A stretch of 64,000 nt of DNA. Origin: an uncultured candidatus Porisulfidus sp. (GTDB lineage: Bacteria; Pseudomonadota; Gammaproteobacteria; Poriferisulfidales; Poriferisulfidaceae). The stretch covers positions 416,001 through 480,000 of the forward strand of contig CBDASZ010000001.1 in assembly GCA_965199755.1 (NCBI GenBank). The letters are read 5' to 3'. Positions 49,867-60,549 of this stretch are shown piece by piece (the stretch's first letter is position 1; every line of letters starts with the position of its first letter). The position numbers and the translations under genes are program-made. The notes under the pieces are model-generated. The model saw only the letters and a list, made by a program, of their open reading frames with translations, searched no databases and was not told the DNA's origin.

Positions 49867-51341
49867 GTCAGACATTGTCGCTGCCGCTGTCTAAATTGCT
49901 CGACGGACTCGCTGAGCCGTCGCAAGATTGCGTGGTGCACGGCGTATGCTGTCGCAGTGAGGACATTCACTCTGGTGATTCCTTCGCGGCCTGTCGCGGC
50001 TTGAGTCGGCATGGCCTTCTCGGTGTCGCACAAGCCGCCGAGCGCGGCGCGGCGGCGGTGATCTACGATCCGCAGGACGCGCCTTCGGTGGCGCTCCCCA
50101 TCCCGCATGCGGCGGTGCCGGAGTTGTCGCGCTTGCTGAGTGAGTTGGCCGGGCGCTTCTACCGACACCCATCGAAGCAACTGCCCGTGATCGGCATCAC
50201 CGGCACGGACGGCAAAACCTCAACCGCGCATCTGCTGGCGCAGTTAATGTCTCGACTGCAGCGCGTCTGCGGCGTGATCGGCACGCTCGGTGCCGGCACC
50301 ATCGAGGCCTTGCATTCCACCGGACACACCACGCCCGATGCTGTTCGGGTGCAGCGCGAATTGTTTGACATGCTGCAGCGCGGACATGCGGCCGCGGTGC
50401 TGGAGGTCTCCTCGCACGCGCTTGATCAGCACCGTTGCGACGCGGTGCGCTTTGATACCGCAGTCTTCACCACGCTGGGTCAGGACCACCTGGACTACCA
50501 CGGCAGCGTCGAGAACTATGCCGCAGCCAAGCGTCGGCTGTTTACCGATCTGGCCCCACGGCGCTGCGTGATTAATGTGGACGATGTGTTCGGGCAGGAG
50601 CTCGATGCGTGCGTTGCCAAATACACGGAAGTCCGGCGCTGTTCACTGCACGCGGCGCACGCGCAGTCACAGGCGCAGGGCATTGAGTTGCATGCGGGCG
50701 GGTTGCGGTTCGACTGGAGTATCGATGGGCAGACCTGCACGGTTGAGGCACCGAACCTGTACGGGCGCTTCAATGTCATGAATTTGCTGCTCTCTGCGAC
50801 GGCGGTGCAGGTGCAGGGCATTGACGCGACGCAGATCGCGGAGGCGATCGCGCAACTCAAAGCGGTGCCGGGGCGGCTTGAGGCGCTGCCGCGCGTCGCT
50901 GATGCGCCGCGAGTATTTCTGGACTACGCGCATACCGAACAGGCGCTGTGCGCCGCACTGGAAGCGTTGCGGGCGCATTTTGATGCGCCGGTGCATTGCG
51001 TGTTCGGCTGCGGCGGCGATCGCGATCGGGTCAAGCGTCCGCGCATGGGTGCCGTCGCCGAGCGTCTGGCGCATCGTGTGATGCTGACGGATGACAACCC
51101 GCGCACCGAAGACCCCAAACAGATTGTGCGCGAGATTCGCACAGGTTTGCGCGAGCCTGAGCGCGTTCGTGTGATCCAGGACCGTGCCGAGGCGATTCGT
51201 GAAGCGGTGCGGACGGCACCCGCGGACGCGGTGGTACTGATCGCTGGCAAAGGTCACGAACAGGAACAAATCACAGCCGCTGGAGCACAACCCTTCTCGG
51301 ACTGGACCGCTGCGCAGCAGGCGCTGGAGGCATGCGCATGA
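49863..51341 (+). CDS. murE: UDP-MurNAc-tripeptide synthetase
   Basis: GTDGKTS, EVSSH, DYAHT, DNPR (DAP specificity), AGKGHE. Confidence 0.97.
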   Translation: MSQTLSLPLSKLLDGLAEPSQDCVVHGVCCRSEDIHSGDSFAACRGLSRHGLLGVAQAAERGAAAVIYDPQDAPSVALPIPHAAVPELSRLLSELAGRFYRHPSKQLPVIGITGTDGKTSTAHLLAQLMSRLQRVCGVIGTLGAGTIEALHSTGHTTPDAVRVQRELFDMLQRGHAAAVLEVSSHALDQHRCDAVRFDTAVFTTLGQDHLDYHGSVENYAAAKRRLFTDLAPRRCVINVDDVFGQELDACVAKYTEVRRCSLHAAHAQSQAQGIELHAGGLRFDWSIDGQTCTVEAPNLYGRFNVMNLLLSATAVQVQGIDATQIAEAIAQLKAVPGRLEALPRVADAPRVFLDYAHTEQALCAALEALRAHFDAPVHCVFGCGGDRDRVKRPRMGAVAERLAHRVMLTDDNPRTEDPKQIVREIRTGLREPERVRVIQDRAEAIREAVRTAPADAVVLIAGKGHEQEQITAAGAQPFSDWTAAQQALEACA

Positions 51342-52684
51342 TGCGCCTGGCCGAACTGGCGCAATGGGCCGGAGGTGAATTGCGCGGCGCTGACGCGCCG
51401 GTCACCGGGGTGTCGATTGATTCGCGCGAACTCGGCGCTGGCGAGGTGTTTGTCGCCTTGCTGGGTGAACATGTAGACGGCCATGAGTTCGTGGCCAACT
51501 GCGCAGAGGCGGCCGCGGTGGTGGTGCAGCGCGAGGTGGACGCGCCGTGCGCGCAGATTCAAGTTGAGGACACAGAGGTGGCGCTGCAGTGCATGGCGCA
51601 GCAGTGGCGACGCCAGCATAAGGTGGCTATGACCGCGATCACTGGCAGCAACGGCAAGACGACGACGCGCGAGATGACTGAGGCGATTCTGTCGCAGCAG
51701 GCCCCGACGCTGGCCACACAGGGCAACTACAACAATCATCTGGGCGTCCCGTTGACGCTGTTGCGCATGCACGCCCAACACCGCTACGCGGTGATCGAGA
51801 TGGGAGCCAATCACGCCGGCGAGATCGAGATGCTGACGCGCCTCGCTGAGCCGCAGGTCGCGACCATCACCTGTGTCGCCGAAGCGCATCTGGAAGGGTT
51901 TGGCAGTCTGGAAGGGGTGGCGGAAGCGAAAGGCGAGATTTATCGCAACCTGCCGGAGCACGGCGTGGCAATTCTGAATGCGGAGGAACCGTTCGCGCCG
52001 CGCTGGCGCGCGCAACTGCAGGTCTCCGATGTGGTCACCTTCTCGGCCGATCCAACCATCGACGCGGATGTCACCGCCCGGCTGGCTGGGCGCGGTGCGC
52101 TGGAGTTGCGCCATGGTGCGCGCGAGTGGACGGTGGACTGGTCGATGGACGGTGTGCACAACGCGCGCAATGCGGCTTGTGCGGTGGCGCAGGCACTGGC
52201 CTTGCACGTGGATATTGATGCGGCAGTCGAAGCGCTGTCCGGGTTTGAGTTGTCAGTTGGTGGGCGTCTATGCGAGCTGCCAGGGTGCAATGGCGCGCAG
52301 TTGATTGACGACAGTTACAACGCCAACCCCGGATCATTTCGCGCGGCCATTGATGTGCTGGTCACGCGCGCCGAGGATCCGTGGCTGGTCATGGGGGAAA
52401 TGGCGGAACTCGGATCTCATGCGCAGCACGGTCACGAAGAGGTGGCGCGTTACGCGCGCGACGCCGGTGTGCGGCGGCTGTATGCGCTGGGTCGTTTCGC
52501 AGAGGATTGCGCGCGCGTCTTTGGCGCTGGAGCGCAGGCGTGTGAAGACCTGTCGCGTCTGGCCGAGATGCTGCGCGCCGACATGCACCCGCAATGCGCG
52601 GTGCTGATCAAGGCGTCGCGGTCCGCGCGTCTGGAACGTTTGGTGGCGCAGTTGCTGCCGGAGGAGGTGAGTCATGCTGCTTGA
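51338..52684 (+). CDS. murF: UDP-MurNAc-pentapeptide synthetase
   Basis: GSNGKTT, NNHLGVP, DDSYNANP. Confidence 0.97.
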   Translation: MMRLAELAQWAGGELRGADAPVTGVSIDSRELGAGEVFVALLGEHVDGHEFVANCAEAAAVVVQREVDAPCAQIQVEDTEVALQCMAQQWRRQHKVAMTAITGSNGKTTTREMTEAILSQQAPTLATQGNYNNHLGVPLTLLRMHAQHRYAVIEMGANHAGEIEMLTRLAEPQVATITCVAEAHLEGFGSLEGVAEAKGEIYRNLPEHGVAILNAEEPFAPRWRAQLQVSDVVTFSADPTIDADVTARLAGRGALELRHGAREWTVDWSMDGVHNARNAACAVAQALALHVDIDAAVEALSGFELSVGGRLCELPGCNGAQLIDDSYNANPGSFRAAIDVLVTRAEDPWLVMGEMAELGSHAQHGHEEVARYARDAGVRRLYALGRFAEDCARVFGAGAQACEDLSRLAEMLRADMHPQCAVLIKASRSARLERLVAQLLPEEVSHAA

Positions 52685-53750
52685 TTTATTTGCCTGGCTG
52701 GAGAGTGTGGATCAGGGCTTCGCCGTGTTCCAGTATCTGACGGTACGTGCCATCTTCGCGCTGTTGACGGCGCTGTTGATCGCGCTGTTAATCGGGCCGT
52801 GGGTCATTCGCCGCCTGCAACTTGGCAACTTCGGTGAGACCGTGCGCGATGACGGCCCGGAATCGCATCAGGCCAAGACTGGCACGCCAACCATGGGTGG
52901 TGTACTGATTCTGCTGGCGCTGCTCGGCTCGGTGATGCTGTGGGGTTCCTGGGACAGCCGGCATCTGGCCGTGCTGTTTGTCATCACCGTGCTGTACGCG
53001 CTGATTGGCTTGTTCGATGATTGGCAGAAATTGCGCCGTGGCAAAGGCATCTCGGCGCGGCTGAAGTTCTCACTGCAAGTGCTGTTTGGAGTCATGGTCG
53101 GCTGGTTTTTGTTCGCCAGCGCGACCGAACCGGTGGAGACGCAGTTTCTGTTCCCGGTGATCAAGGAGTGGCAGTTCGCGTTGGGCCTGTGGTTGATTCC
53201 GCTGACCGCCTTCATGCTGACGCTAATGAGCAACGCGGTCAATCTGACCGACGGACTCGACGGATTGGCGATCATGCCGACCGTCATGGTGGCGGCCGGC
53301 CTTGGCGTGTTTGCCTACACCACCGGCCATGTGGAGTTCGCGCAGTACCTGGGCATCGCGCATGTGCCGATGGCAGGCGAGATGGTCATCTATTGCGCCG
53401 CGTTGGTCGGTGCGGGGCTGGGCTTTCTGTGGTTCAACACCTATCCGGCGCAAGTCTTCATGGGCGATATGGGCGCGCTCGCGCTCGGCGCGGCGCTCGG
53501 CGCGCTGGCGGTCATGCTGCGCCAGGAAATTGTGCTTCTGATTATGGCCGGTGTGATGATGATGGAGACGCTCTCGGTCGTGCTGCAAGTGGTGTCGTTT
53601 CGTCTGACCGGGCGGCGCATTTTCGCGATGGCACCGCTGCACCATCACTTTGAGTTGCGCGGCTGGCCGGAGCCCCGTATCGCCGTTCGATTCTGGATTA
53701 TCACGCTGGTGCTGGTACTGGCGGGACTGGCCACACTGAAGTTGCGATGA
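52674..53750 (+). CDS. mraY: Phospho-MurNAc-pentapeptide transferase
   Basis: KTGTPTMGG, NAVNLTDGLDGLA, APLHHHFE. Confidence 0.98.
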   Translation: MLLDLFAWLESVDQGFAVFQYLTVRAIFALLTALLIALLIGPWVIRRLQLGNFGETVRDDGPESHQAKTGTPTMGGVLILLALLGSVMLWGSWDSRHLAVLFVITVLYALIGLFDDWQKLRRGKGISARLKFSLQVLFGVMVGWFLFASATEPVETQFLFPVIKEWQFALGLWLIPLTAFMLTLMSNAVNLTDGLDGLAIMPTVMVAAGLGVFAYTTGHVEFAQYLGIAHVPMAGEMVIYCAALVGAGLGFLWFNTYPAQVFMGDMGALALGAALGALAVMLRQEIVLLIMAGVMMMETLSVVLQVVSFRLTGRRIFAMAPLHHHFELRGWPEPRIAVRFWIITLVLVLAGLATLKLR

Positions 53751-53757
53751 AGGAGGC

Positions 53758-55107
53758 GTGATGCTTGCAACCATGAGTGATACCCGAACGATGGTGATGG
53801 GGCTGGGCGCGACCGGATTGTCGGTGGCGCGCTATCTGCACTGCCGCAATGAAGCTTTCACGGTATGGGACCAAGATCCAAAAGCCGAGGCGGCGGCGGC
53901 ATTGCGTGAAGCCTGCCCGGAGTCGCTGTTGATTCACGGCGAGCCGGATCGGCAGGCCTTCGAACAAGTCGACACGGTGATCGTCAGTCCGGGCGTTCCA
54001 CTTGATCATCCGGCCTTGTGCGCTGCGCGCGACGCCGGCGCGCAGATCTACGGCGACGTCGAGTTGTTCGCGCATGAAGCGGATGCGCCGGTGCTGGGAA
54101 TTACCGGCAGTAACGGCAAGACCACGGTGACCTTGATGCTCGCGGCGTTACTTGAAGAAGCCGGAATCGCGGTGCGCTGCGGCGGCAATCTGGGCATCCC
54201 TGCGCTGTCTTTGCTGGAGCCGCAACCGCCGGACGTATACGTGCTGGAGTTGTCCAGCTTTCAACTGGAAGCCACCGAGACGCTAGCCTGCGAGGCGGCT
54301 TGTTTGCTCAACCTCAGCCCGGACCATCTGGACCGGCATGGTTCCTTCGCGGCTTATCGCGAAGTCAAGCATCGTCTGTATCGCAATGCCACGGTGGCTA
54401 TCTACAACCGGGATGATCCGGACACGCGCCCAGGACTGACCGACGGGCGCATGCGGAGTTTCGGTACCGACGCGCCGGTGCGCGGAGATGATTTTGGTAT
54501 TCGCCAGCATGACGGTCTGGTATGGCTGAGTCAGGGACGACACCTGCTGCTGCCGTGCAAGGAACTGTCGCTGCCCGGCCAGCACAACTGTGTCAATGCG
54601 CTGGCCGCATTGGCGCTGGCGGATGCGCATGGTGTAATGCTTGATGCCGTCGTGGATGTACTGCGGCACTTCCAAGGTCCTCCTCATCGCTTGCAAAAAG
54701 TGGCGACAGTCGGCGGCATCGACTTTTACAACGACTCTAAGGCGACCAACCTTGACTCCATGCAGGTCGCCTTGCGCGCCTTCACGCAGCCCTGCGTGCT
54801 GATTGCAGGCGGGCAGGCCAAGCAGGATGATTTCTCGCGCATGGCCTCACTGGTGCAGACCAAAGCCCGAGCCGTGCTTTTGATTGGGGATGCGGCGGAG
54901 ACGATGGCGCAGATGTGGGGTGACGTGGCAACGGTGGAGGTGCAGGGTGACATGGAATCAGCCGTGCGTCGCGCACAGGAATTGGCGCAAGAGGGGGATT
55001 GCGTGCTGTTATCGACGGGTTGCGCGAGCTTCGATCAGTATGAGAACTTTGAGGCGCGCGGGGAACACTTCATCGAATGCGTGCGCGCGCTGGAGGACGA
55101 AGCATGA
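53758..55107 (+). CDS. murD: UDP-MurNAc-L-Ala-D-Glu ligase
   Basis: GSNGKTT, ELSSFQL, NDSKATN, CASFDQY. Confidence 0.97.
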   Translation: MMLATMSDTRTMVMGLGATGLSVARYLHCRNEAFTVWDQDPKAEAAAALREACPESLLIHGEPDRQAFEQVDTVIVSPGVPLDHPALCAARDAGAQIYGDVELFAHEADAPVLGITGSNGKTTVTLMLAALLEEAGIAVRCGGNLGIPALSLLEPQPPDVYVLELSSFQLEATETLACEAACLLNLSPDHLDRHGSFAAYREVKHRLYRNATVAIYNRDDPDTRPGLTDGRMRSFGTDAPVRGDDFGIRQHDGLVWLSQGRHLLLPCKELSLPGQHNCVNALAALALADAHGVMLDAVVDVLRHFQGPPHRLQKVATVGGIDFYNDSKATNLDSMQVALRAFTQPCVLIAGGQAKQDDFSRMASLVQTKARAVLLIGDAAETMAQMWGDVATVEVQGDMESAVRRAQELAQEGDCVLLSTGCASFDQYENFEARGEHFIECVRALEDEA

Positions 55108-56261
55108 CTGAGCGGTTGCCGGCGCACGAATTGCGCATCGCCACGATTTTGCTGGTGTTGGGGCTGGTGGTGATGACCTCGGCCTCAATGGAGGTGGCGC
55201 AACGGGATTTTGGCAACGCCCTGTATTACTTGCAGCGTCAGGGCATGCTCGCGTTTGTCGGTCTGATAGGAGCGCTGGTGCTGGCCCAAATTCCATTGCG
55301 CTGGCACCAAAAACTGGCACCGCTGTACGCGCTCGGCGCGATCGCCTTACTGGTGGTGGTGCTGCTTCCCGGTATGGGCAATAACGTCAACAACAGTACC
55401 CGGTGGCTGCAGCTCGGACCGGTGCAGTTTCAGCCTTCGGAATTGATGAAGCCGCTGTTTATTTTGTGGCTGGCGTGCTGGCTGTCGCGCTGCGGCGAGG
55501 ACATGCGCAGCAATCCGCGCACCCTGATCGTGCCGCTGATCGTGTTGATGACGGTGTGCGCGCTGTTGCTTTTGGAGCCGGATTTCGGCACCGCCTGCGT
55601 GATCGCAGCGACTGCAATCGGCATGATTTTCCTGTGCGGCGGGCATTTGGGCGCGATTTTAAGCGTGGGTGCCTTCGGGATGGTCGGACTCGCCGGTCTG
55701 GTCATTGCTGCGCCGTATCGCATGCTGCGCCTGAAGACCTTTTTGGACCCGTGGGCCGATCCGTTTGATACCGGCTATCAGATTACCCAGTCGCTGATCG
55801 CGATTGGCAGCGGCGGCTTCTGGGGTCTGGGCCTTGGCAGCGGCGTACAGAAACATTTCTACTTGCCGGAAGTGCACACCGACTTTGTGTTTGCGGTCGC
55901 GGTTGAAGAACTTGGGTTGCTGGGGGCGATGCTCATCATCGGTCTGTTCGTGTTGCTGATTCTGATGGCCTTTCGGATCGCGCGCAGCGCTCAGGACAGC
56001 GACAATGTGATGGGTGCGGCGCTGGCCTACGGCATTGGCGTGTGGATTGGCTTGCAGGCGCTGGTGAATGTGGCGGTGAATCTCGGCGCAGTGCCGACCA
56101 AAGGATTGACGCTGCCGTTGATGAGCGCGGGTGGCAGTTCGCTGATCGCCACCATGCTCGGACTGGCCTTGCTGTGGCGAGTGCGACACGAATTGAACGC
56201 GCAGGTATCAGGCAAGAAGGCACCGAGCCAGCCCTCGAAGTGGAGCAGACGTCGTGCGTGA
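55104..56261 (+). CDS. ftsW: Peptidoglycan polymerase FtsW
   Basis: QPSELMK, EPDFG, LPEVHTDF, PTKGLTLP. Confidence 0.97.
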   Translation: MTERLPAHELRIATILLVLGLVVMTSASMEVAQRDFGNALYYLQRQGMLAFVGLIGALVLAQIPLRWHQKLAPLYALGAIALLVVVLLPGMGNNVNNSTRWLQLGPVQFQPSELMKPLFILWLACWLSRCGEDMRSNPRTLIVPLIVLMTVCALLLLEPDFGTACVIAATAIGMIFLCGGHLGAILSVGAFGMVGLAGLVIAAPYRMLRLKTFLDPWADPFDTGYQITQSLIAIGSGGFWGLGLGSGVQKHFYLPEVHTDFVFAVAVEELGLLGAMLIIGLFVLLILMAFRIARSAQDSDNVMGAALAYGIGVWIGLQALVNVAVNLGAVPTKGLTLPLMSAGGSSLIATMLGLALLWRVRHELNAQVSGKKAPSQPSKWSRRRA

Positions 56262-57321
56262 AGGTCCGGTGATGATTCTGGCCGGTGGGACCGGCGGGCA
56301 TGTGTTTCCGGCACTGGCGGTGGCGGAACAATTGCGTGCGCGAGAAGTGCCAGTGCTGTGGGTGGGAACGCGCCAAGGTCTGGAGGCGCGGGTCGTGCCG
56401 CCGGCAGGATTTCCGATTGAATGGGTGCGCCTGACGGCACCGAGTCGGCGCGGATGGCGCGGACTGGTGGGTGTCGCGCCTGCCGTTTTGCTGGCGGTAC
56501 TGCAGGGCATGCGTCTGCTGCGTCGCTATCGCCCGACAGTAGTGTTGGGAATGGGTGGCTATGCGTCCTCGGCGGTGGCGCTGGCGGCTGTGCTGTGGCG
56601 TATTCCGCTAGTAATCCACGAACAAAACGCGATTGCCGGAGTGACCAACCGCATTCTGGCGCGACTGGCGAAGCGGGTGCTACTGGGCTTCCCATACGCG
56701 CAAGGAATTAAGGGTGGCACGCATATGGGTAATCCGGTGCGCGCCGCATTGCAGCAGAATCCGCCCCCGGCGGCAGTCTTATCCGGGGAGTCCGCGCTGC
56801 GCCTGCTGATTATCGGCGGCAGTCAGGGCGCGGAGATTTTCAACGAAGTGGTGCCGCAGGCGATCGCCGCCTTGCCGGAGCAATATCGCCCGCAGATTTG
56901 GCATCAGACGGGCAGCGATCCACAGTCGGTCGCGGCACGCTACCCCAGTGAAGCGGCTCTGCGCGTGAGTCCGTTCATTGAGGCCATGGATGAGGCTTAT
57001 GCCTGGGCCGATCTGGTGCTGGCGCGTGCCGGTGCGATGACCATTGCGGAGCTGGCGGTGGTCGCGCGCGCGGCGGTGCTGGTGCCGTATCCGTACGCCG
57101 CGGACAACCATCAGATGGCCAATGCGCGCGGTTACGCCGAAACGGGTGCCGCTGAAGTCTGGGAGCAAAATCAATTTACACCGGCGCGGCTGGCGCAGCG
57201 CTTGCGTGAATTGGCGCAGGATCGTGCCGCCTTGCAGAAGATGACGCGGGCCGCCCGGAATCAGGCTCGGCCGCATGCCGCCGCGCAAGTCGCGGCGTGC
57301 TTGCTGGAGTTGCGGACATGA
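56254..57321 (+). CDS. murG: Lipid II GlcNAc transferase
   Basis: GGTGGHVFP, HEQN, GNPVR, GGSQGA. Confidence 0.97.
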   Translation: MREGPVMILAGGTGGHVFPALAVAEQLRAREVPVLWVGTRQGLEARVVPPAGFPIEWVRLTAPSRRGWRGLVGVAPAVLLAVLQGMRLLRRYRPTVVLGMGGYASSAVALAAVLWRIPLVIHEQNAIAGVTNRILARLAKRVLLGFPYAQGIKGGTHMGNPVRAALQQNPPPAAVLSGESALRLLIIGGSQGAEIFNEVVPQAIAALPEQYRPQIWHQTGSDPQSVAARYPSEAALRVSPFIEAMDEAYAWADLVLARAGAMTIAELAVVARAAVLVPYPYAADNHQMANARGYAETGAAEVWEQNQFTPARLAQRLRELAQDRAALQKMTRAARNQARPHAAAQVAACLLELRT

Positions 57322-58748
57322 CGCGCCAAGGCCGATTGCAGTTGCCGATGCGGCACATCCGTCGCGTGCATTTCGTCGGCATTGGCGGTGCTGGCATGAA
57401 CGGCATCGCGGAAGTTCTGTGCCAACTCGGTTACGCGGTTTCCGGCAGTGACTTGCGCGAAAGTGAACAAACCCGGCGCTTGCGAGAAATGGGCGCTGTA
57501 GTGCACATCGGTCATGATGCGCAGGCGGTAGAAGGCGCGGATGTGGTGGTGGTCTCAACCGCCATTCCGCAAGACAACCCTGAGCGTCAAGCGGCCATGG
57601 CGGCGCGCATCCCGATCATTGCACGCGCCGCCATGCTGGGTGAGTTGATGCGCTTCAGCTTCGGCATCGCCGTGGCCGGCACGCACGGCAAAACCACCAC
57701 CGCCAGTCTGGTCGCGCACTTGCTGGCTGAGGGCAGGCTGGACCCGAGTTCCATCATTGGCGGCAAGTTGCGCCACAGTGAGGCGCACGCGACTCTGGGC
57801 GAAGGCGATTGTCTGGTCTGCGAGGCGGACGAAAGCGATGCCTCTTTCCTGCATCTGAATCCGCTGATCGCGGTGCTCACCAACATTGATGACGATCATC
57901 TGGTTAATTACGGCAACGACATGGAGCAGTTGCTGGAGGGCTATCGAAACTTCCTGCAGAACCTGCCGTTTTACGGGCTGGCGGTGCTGTGCGCGGACGA
58001 TGCGCGTACCATGAAACTGGGCCGGGAACTGGAGCGGCAAGTGGTGTGCTACGGCATTGACGCACCGGACGCGGACATTGTCGCCACCGATGTGCATATC
58101 GGCCCCAACGGCTCCCGATTCCGGTTGTGCATCGCGGGCGAGGAGGATACGCAGGTGCACCTCAATTTGCCAGGCGAACACAACGTGCGCAATGCGCTGG
58201 CCGCAGTGGCGGTGGCACGCGATCGACAGGTGGAGAGAGACGTGATCGCGGCAGCCTTGTCGAGTTTCGGCGGTATCGCACGGCGGCTGGAGATGCACGG
58301 TGCCTTGCCGGGACTTGATGATGTGTTGTGGGTGGACGACTACGGGCATCACCCAAGCGAGATTACAGCGACGCTGGAGGCGCTGCGACGCATTTATCCT
58401 GAGCGGCGTCTGGTGTTGAGTTTTCAGCCCCATCGTTATACGCGTACGCGGGATTTGTTCGCGGATTTCGTGGTCGCTTTGCGTGGTGCGGACGAACTGG
58501 TGCTGCTGGAAGTCTATCCGGCGGATGAGAAGCCATTGGCGGGCGCCGACAGCGCGGCTTTGGCACAGGCGTTGCAGGAGCATGGCATGTCCGCGCGTCT
58601 GGCGCAAGGCCAGGAGCAGATGACCGCTGCCTTGCAACAGTGTTTGCGCGCCGGAGATGTCTTGTTGACCTTAGGTGCAGGCAGTATCGGACGCTGGGCC
58701 GCAGAGTTGCCGGGGCAGCTCGGCACATTGCAGGAGGCACCGGCATGA
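57318..58748 (+). CDS. murC: UDP-MurNAc-L-Ala ligase
   Basis: GIGGAGM, GTHGKTTT, EADESD, DDYGHHP, FQPHRYTR. Confidence 0.98.
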   Translation: MTRQGRLQLPMRHIRRVHFVGIGGAGMNGIAEVLCQLGYAVSGSDLRESEQTRRLREMGAVVHIGHDAQAVEGADVVVVSTAIPQDNPERQAAMAARIPIIARAAMLGELMRFSFGIAVAGTHGKTTTASLVAHLLAEGRLDPSSIIGGKLRHSEAHATLGEGDCLVCEADESDASFLHLNPLIAVLTNIDDDHLVNYGNDMEQLLEGYRNFLQNLPFYGLAVLCADDARTMKLGRELERQVVCYGIDAPDADIVATDVHIGPNGSRFRLCIAGEEDTQVHLNLPGEHNVRNALAAVAVARDRQVERDVIAAALSSFGGIARRLEMHGALPGLDDVLWVDDYGHHPSEITATLEALRRIYPERRLVLSFQPHRYTRTRDLFADFVVALRGADELVLLEVYPADEKPLAGADSAALAQALQEHGMSARLAQGQEQMTAALQQCLRAGDVLLTLGAGSIGRWAAELPGQLGTLQEAPA

Positions 58749-59626
58749 ATCTGCTCGATATTCAGGAGCGTTGCGACGTGCCGATGGCGAAATACACCAC
58801 TTGGCGCTGCGGCGGCATGGCGGATCGAATGTATGCGCCGGGCAGCGTGGAGGAATTGCAGGAATATCTGGCGACTCTGGATGCGGCGGTGCCGGTTACC
58901 TGGCTGGGACGCGGCAGCAACGTGCTGATCCGCGAAGGCGGCATGCGCGGTGTGGTCATTCAACTGGATGAGCCGATCTCCAACATCACGATCGATCCCC
59001 CGGAAGTGCGCGCCCAGGGTGGCGCGATGTGCGCGCGACTGGCGGTGGCGATGGCGGATGCGGGCTTGCACGGACTGGAATTTCTGACCGGCATACCGGG
59101 TTCTGTCGGCGGCGCACTGGCAATGAACGCAGGTGCCGCGGGTTGTGAGATATGGGATCGCGTCAGTTACATCGAGACACTGGACAGGCAAGGTGAGGTA
59201 CATCGCTTCAGCGCTGGCGATATTGACGTGGGCTACCGCACGGTCTGCTTACCGCCCGACCACGGAGTGCTGCTTGGGGTGTTTCATCTGCTTCGTGATG
59301 AGGCGGAAGATGCCGTATGGGATCGCGTCCGCGCGCTTATGAAGCGGCGGCGGGAGACGCAGCCAGTTGCGCAAGCCAGTGGCGGGTCGGTATTCCGCAA
59401 TCCGGATGGGCAGTATGCCGCGCAATTGATTGAAGCGGCGGGGCTGAAAAGGTATCGCATCGGTGGCGCGGAAGTCAGCGAAACGCACGCGAACTTTATT
59501 GTCAACAACGGCGCGGCGACCGCGCATGATATTGAATGCCTCATCGAGCATGTCCGCGACACGGTGGAGGCGCACAGCGGAGTGCGTCTTGAACTGGAAG
59601 TACGTATCTTGGGAGAGAAGCCATGA
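58745..59626 (+). CDS. murB: UDP-N-acetylenolpyruvoylglucosamine reductase
   Basis: LGRGSN, GIPGSVGG..MNAGA, GSVFRNP, HANFIVN. Confidence 0.97.
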   Translation: MNLLDIQERCDVPMAKYTTWRCGGMADRMYAPGSVEELQEYLATLDAAVPVTWLGRGSNVLIREGGMRGVVIQLDEPISNITIDPPEVRAQGGAMCARLAVAMADAGLHGLEFLTGIPGSVGGALAMNAGAAGCEIWDRVSYIETLDRQGEVHRFSAGDIDVGYRTVCLPPDHGVLLGVFHLLRDEAEDAVWDRVRALMKRRRETQPVAQASGGSVFRNPDGQYAAQLIEAAGLKRYRIGGAEVSETHANFIVNNGAATAHDIECLIEHVRDTVEAHSGVRLELEVRILGEKP

Positions 59627-60549
59627 ATGATTACGGGCACGTGGGCGTACTGATGGGCGGCTGGTCCGAGGAGCGCGAAATCTCGCTGATCTCCGGGCAG
59701 AACGTGCTGGAAGCCCTGCGGACGCTTGAAGTGCAGGCGAGCGCGGTGGATCTGCAGCGCGAGATGCTGCCGGAACTGGGTGCTTTGGGTTTTGATCGTT
59801 ACTTTGTGGCGCTGCACGGCATTGGTGGAGAAGATGGCGAGGTGCAGCAGGTGCTCGAAGACCTGAATATGCCGTACACCGGCAGTGGGTCGCAGGCATC
59901 GCAGTGTTGCATGGATAAGATGGCGGCCAAGCAATGCTGGTGGCGCGAGGAATTACCGACGCCCAAGGCCATGCTGGCGGATGCGGACACGCTGGAGCGG
60001 CAGGCCGAAGAACTGGGCCTGCCGCTGGTGGTCAAGCCGGTCGATCAGGGTTCCAGCATTGGAGTGGAACTGGTGCGTGAGGCGCAGGAATTGTTTCCGG
60101 CGGTACAGGAGGCACGCCGTCACGGCAGTACGGTGATGCTGGAGCGCATGGCGCTAGGGACCGAATATACGGTGGGTATCCTGCAAGGCGAGGCGCTGCC
60201 TATGATTCGGTTGCGTCCCAGCGCGGAGTTCTTTGATTTCGCCTCCAAATACGAATCGGATCAGACCGGTTATGACATTCCATGCGGTCTGCCCAAGGCC
60301 ATGGAGCGTGAATTGCAGGACATAACCTGTCGCGCCTTTGTCGCAACCGGTGCCTGCGGCTACGGTCGGGTGGATCTGATTCTGGATGAGCTGGATCGGC
60401 CGTGGTTGTTGGAAATCAACACCGCACCCGGATTGCGCCGCCACGGACTGCTGGCGATGGCGGCCAGTGCCGTGGGCCTGAGTTATGAAGATTTGATTGT
60501 GCGCATGCTTGACACCAGTCTGGAGCCGCGCGGGGAGGGCGAATCCTGA
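59623..60549 (+). CDS. ddlB: D-Ala-D-Ala ligase
   Basis: GGWSEEREISL.SG, LHG..GEDG, GSSIG, LEINTAPG. Confidence 0.96.
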   Translation: MNDYGHVGVLMGGWSEEREISLISGQNVLEALRTLEVQASAVDLQREMLPELGALGFDRYFVALHGIGGEDGEVQQVLEDLNMPYTGSGSQASQCCMDKMAAKQCWWREELPTPKAMLADADTLERQAEELGLPLVVKPVDQGSSIGVELVREAQELFPAVQEARRHGSTVMLERMALGTEYTVGILQGEALPMIRLRPSAEFFDFASKYESDQTGYDIPCGLPKAMERELQDITCRAFVATGACGYGRVDLILDELDRPWLLEINTAPGLRRHGLLAMAASAVGLSYEDLIVRMLDTSLEPRGEGES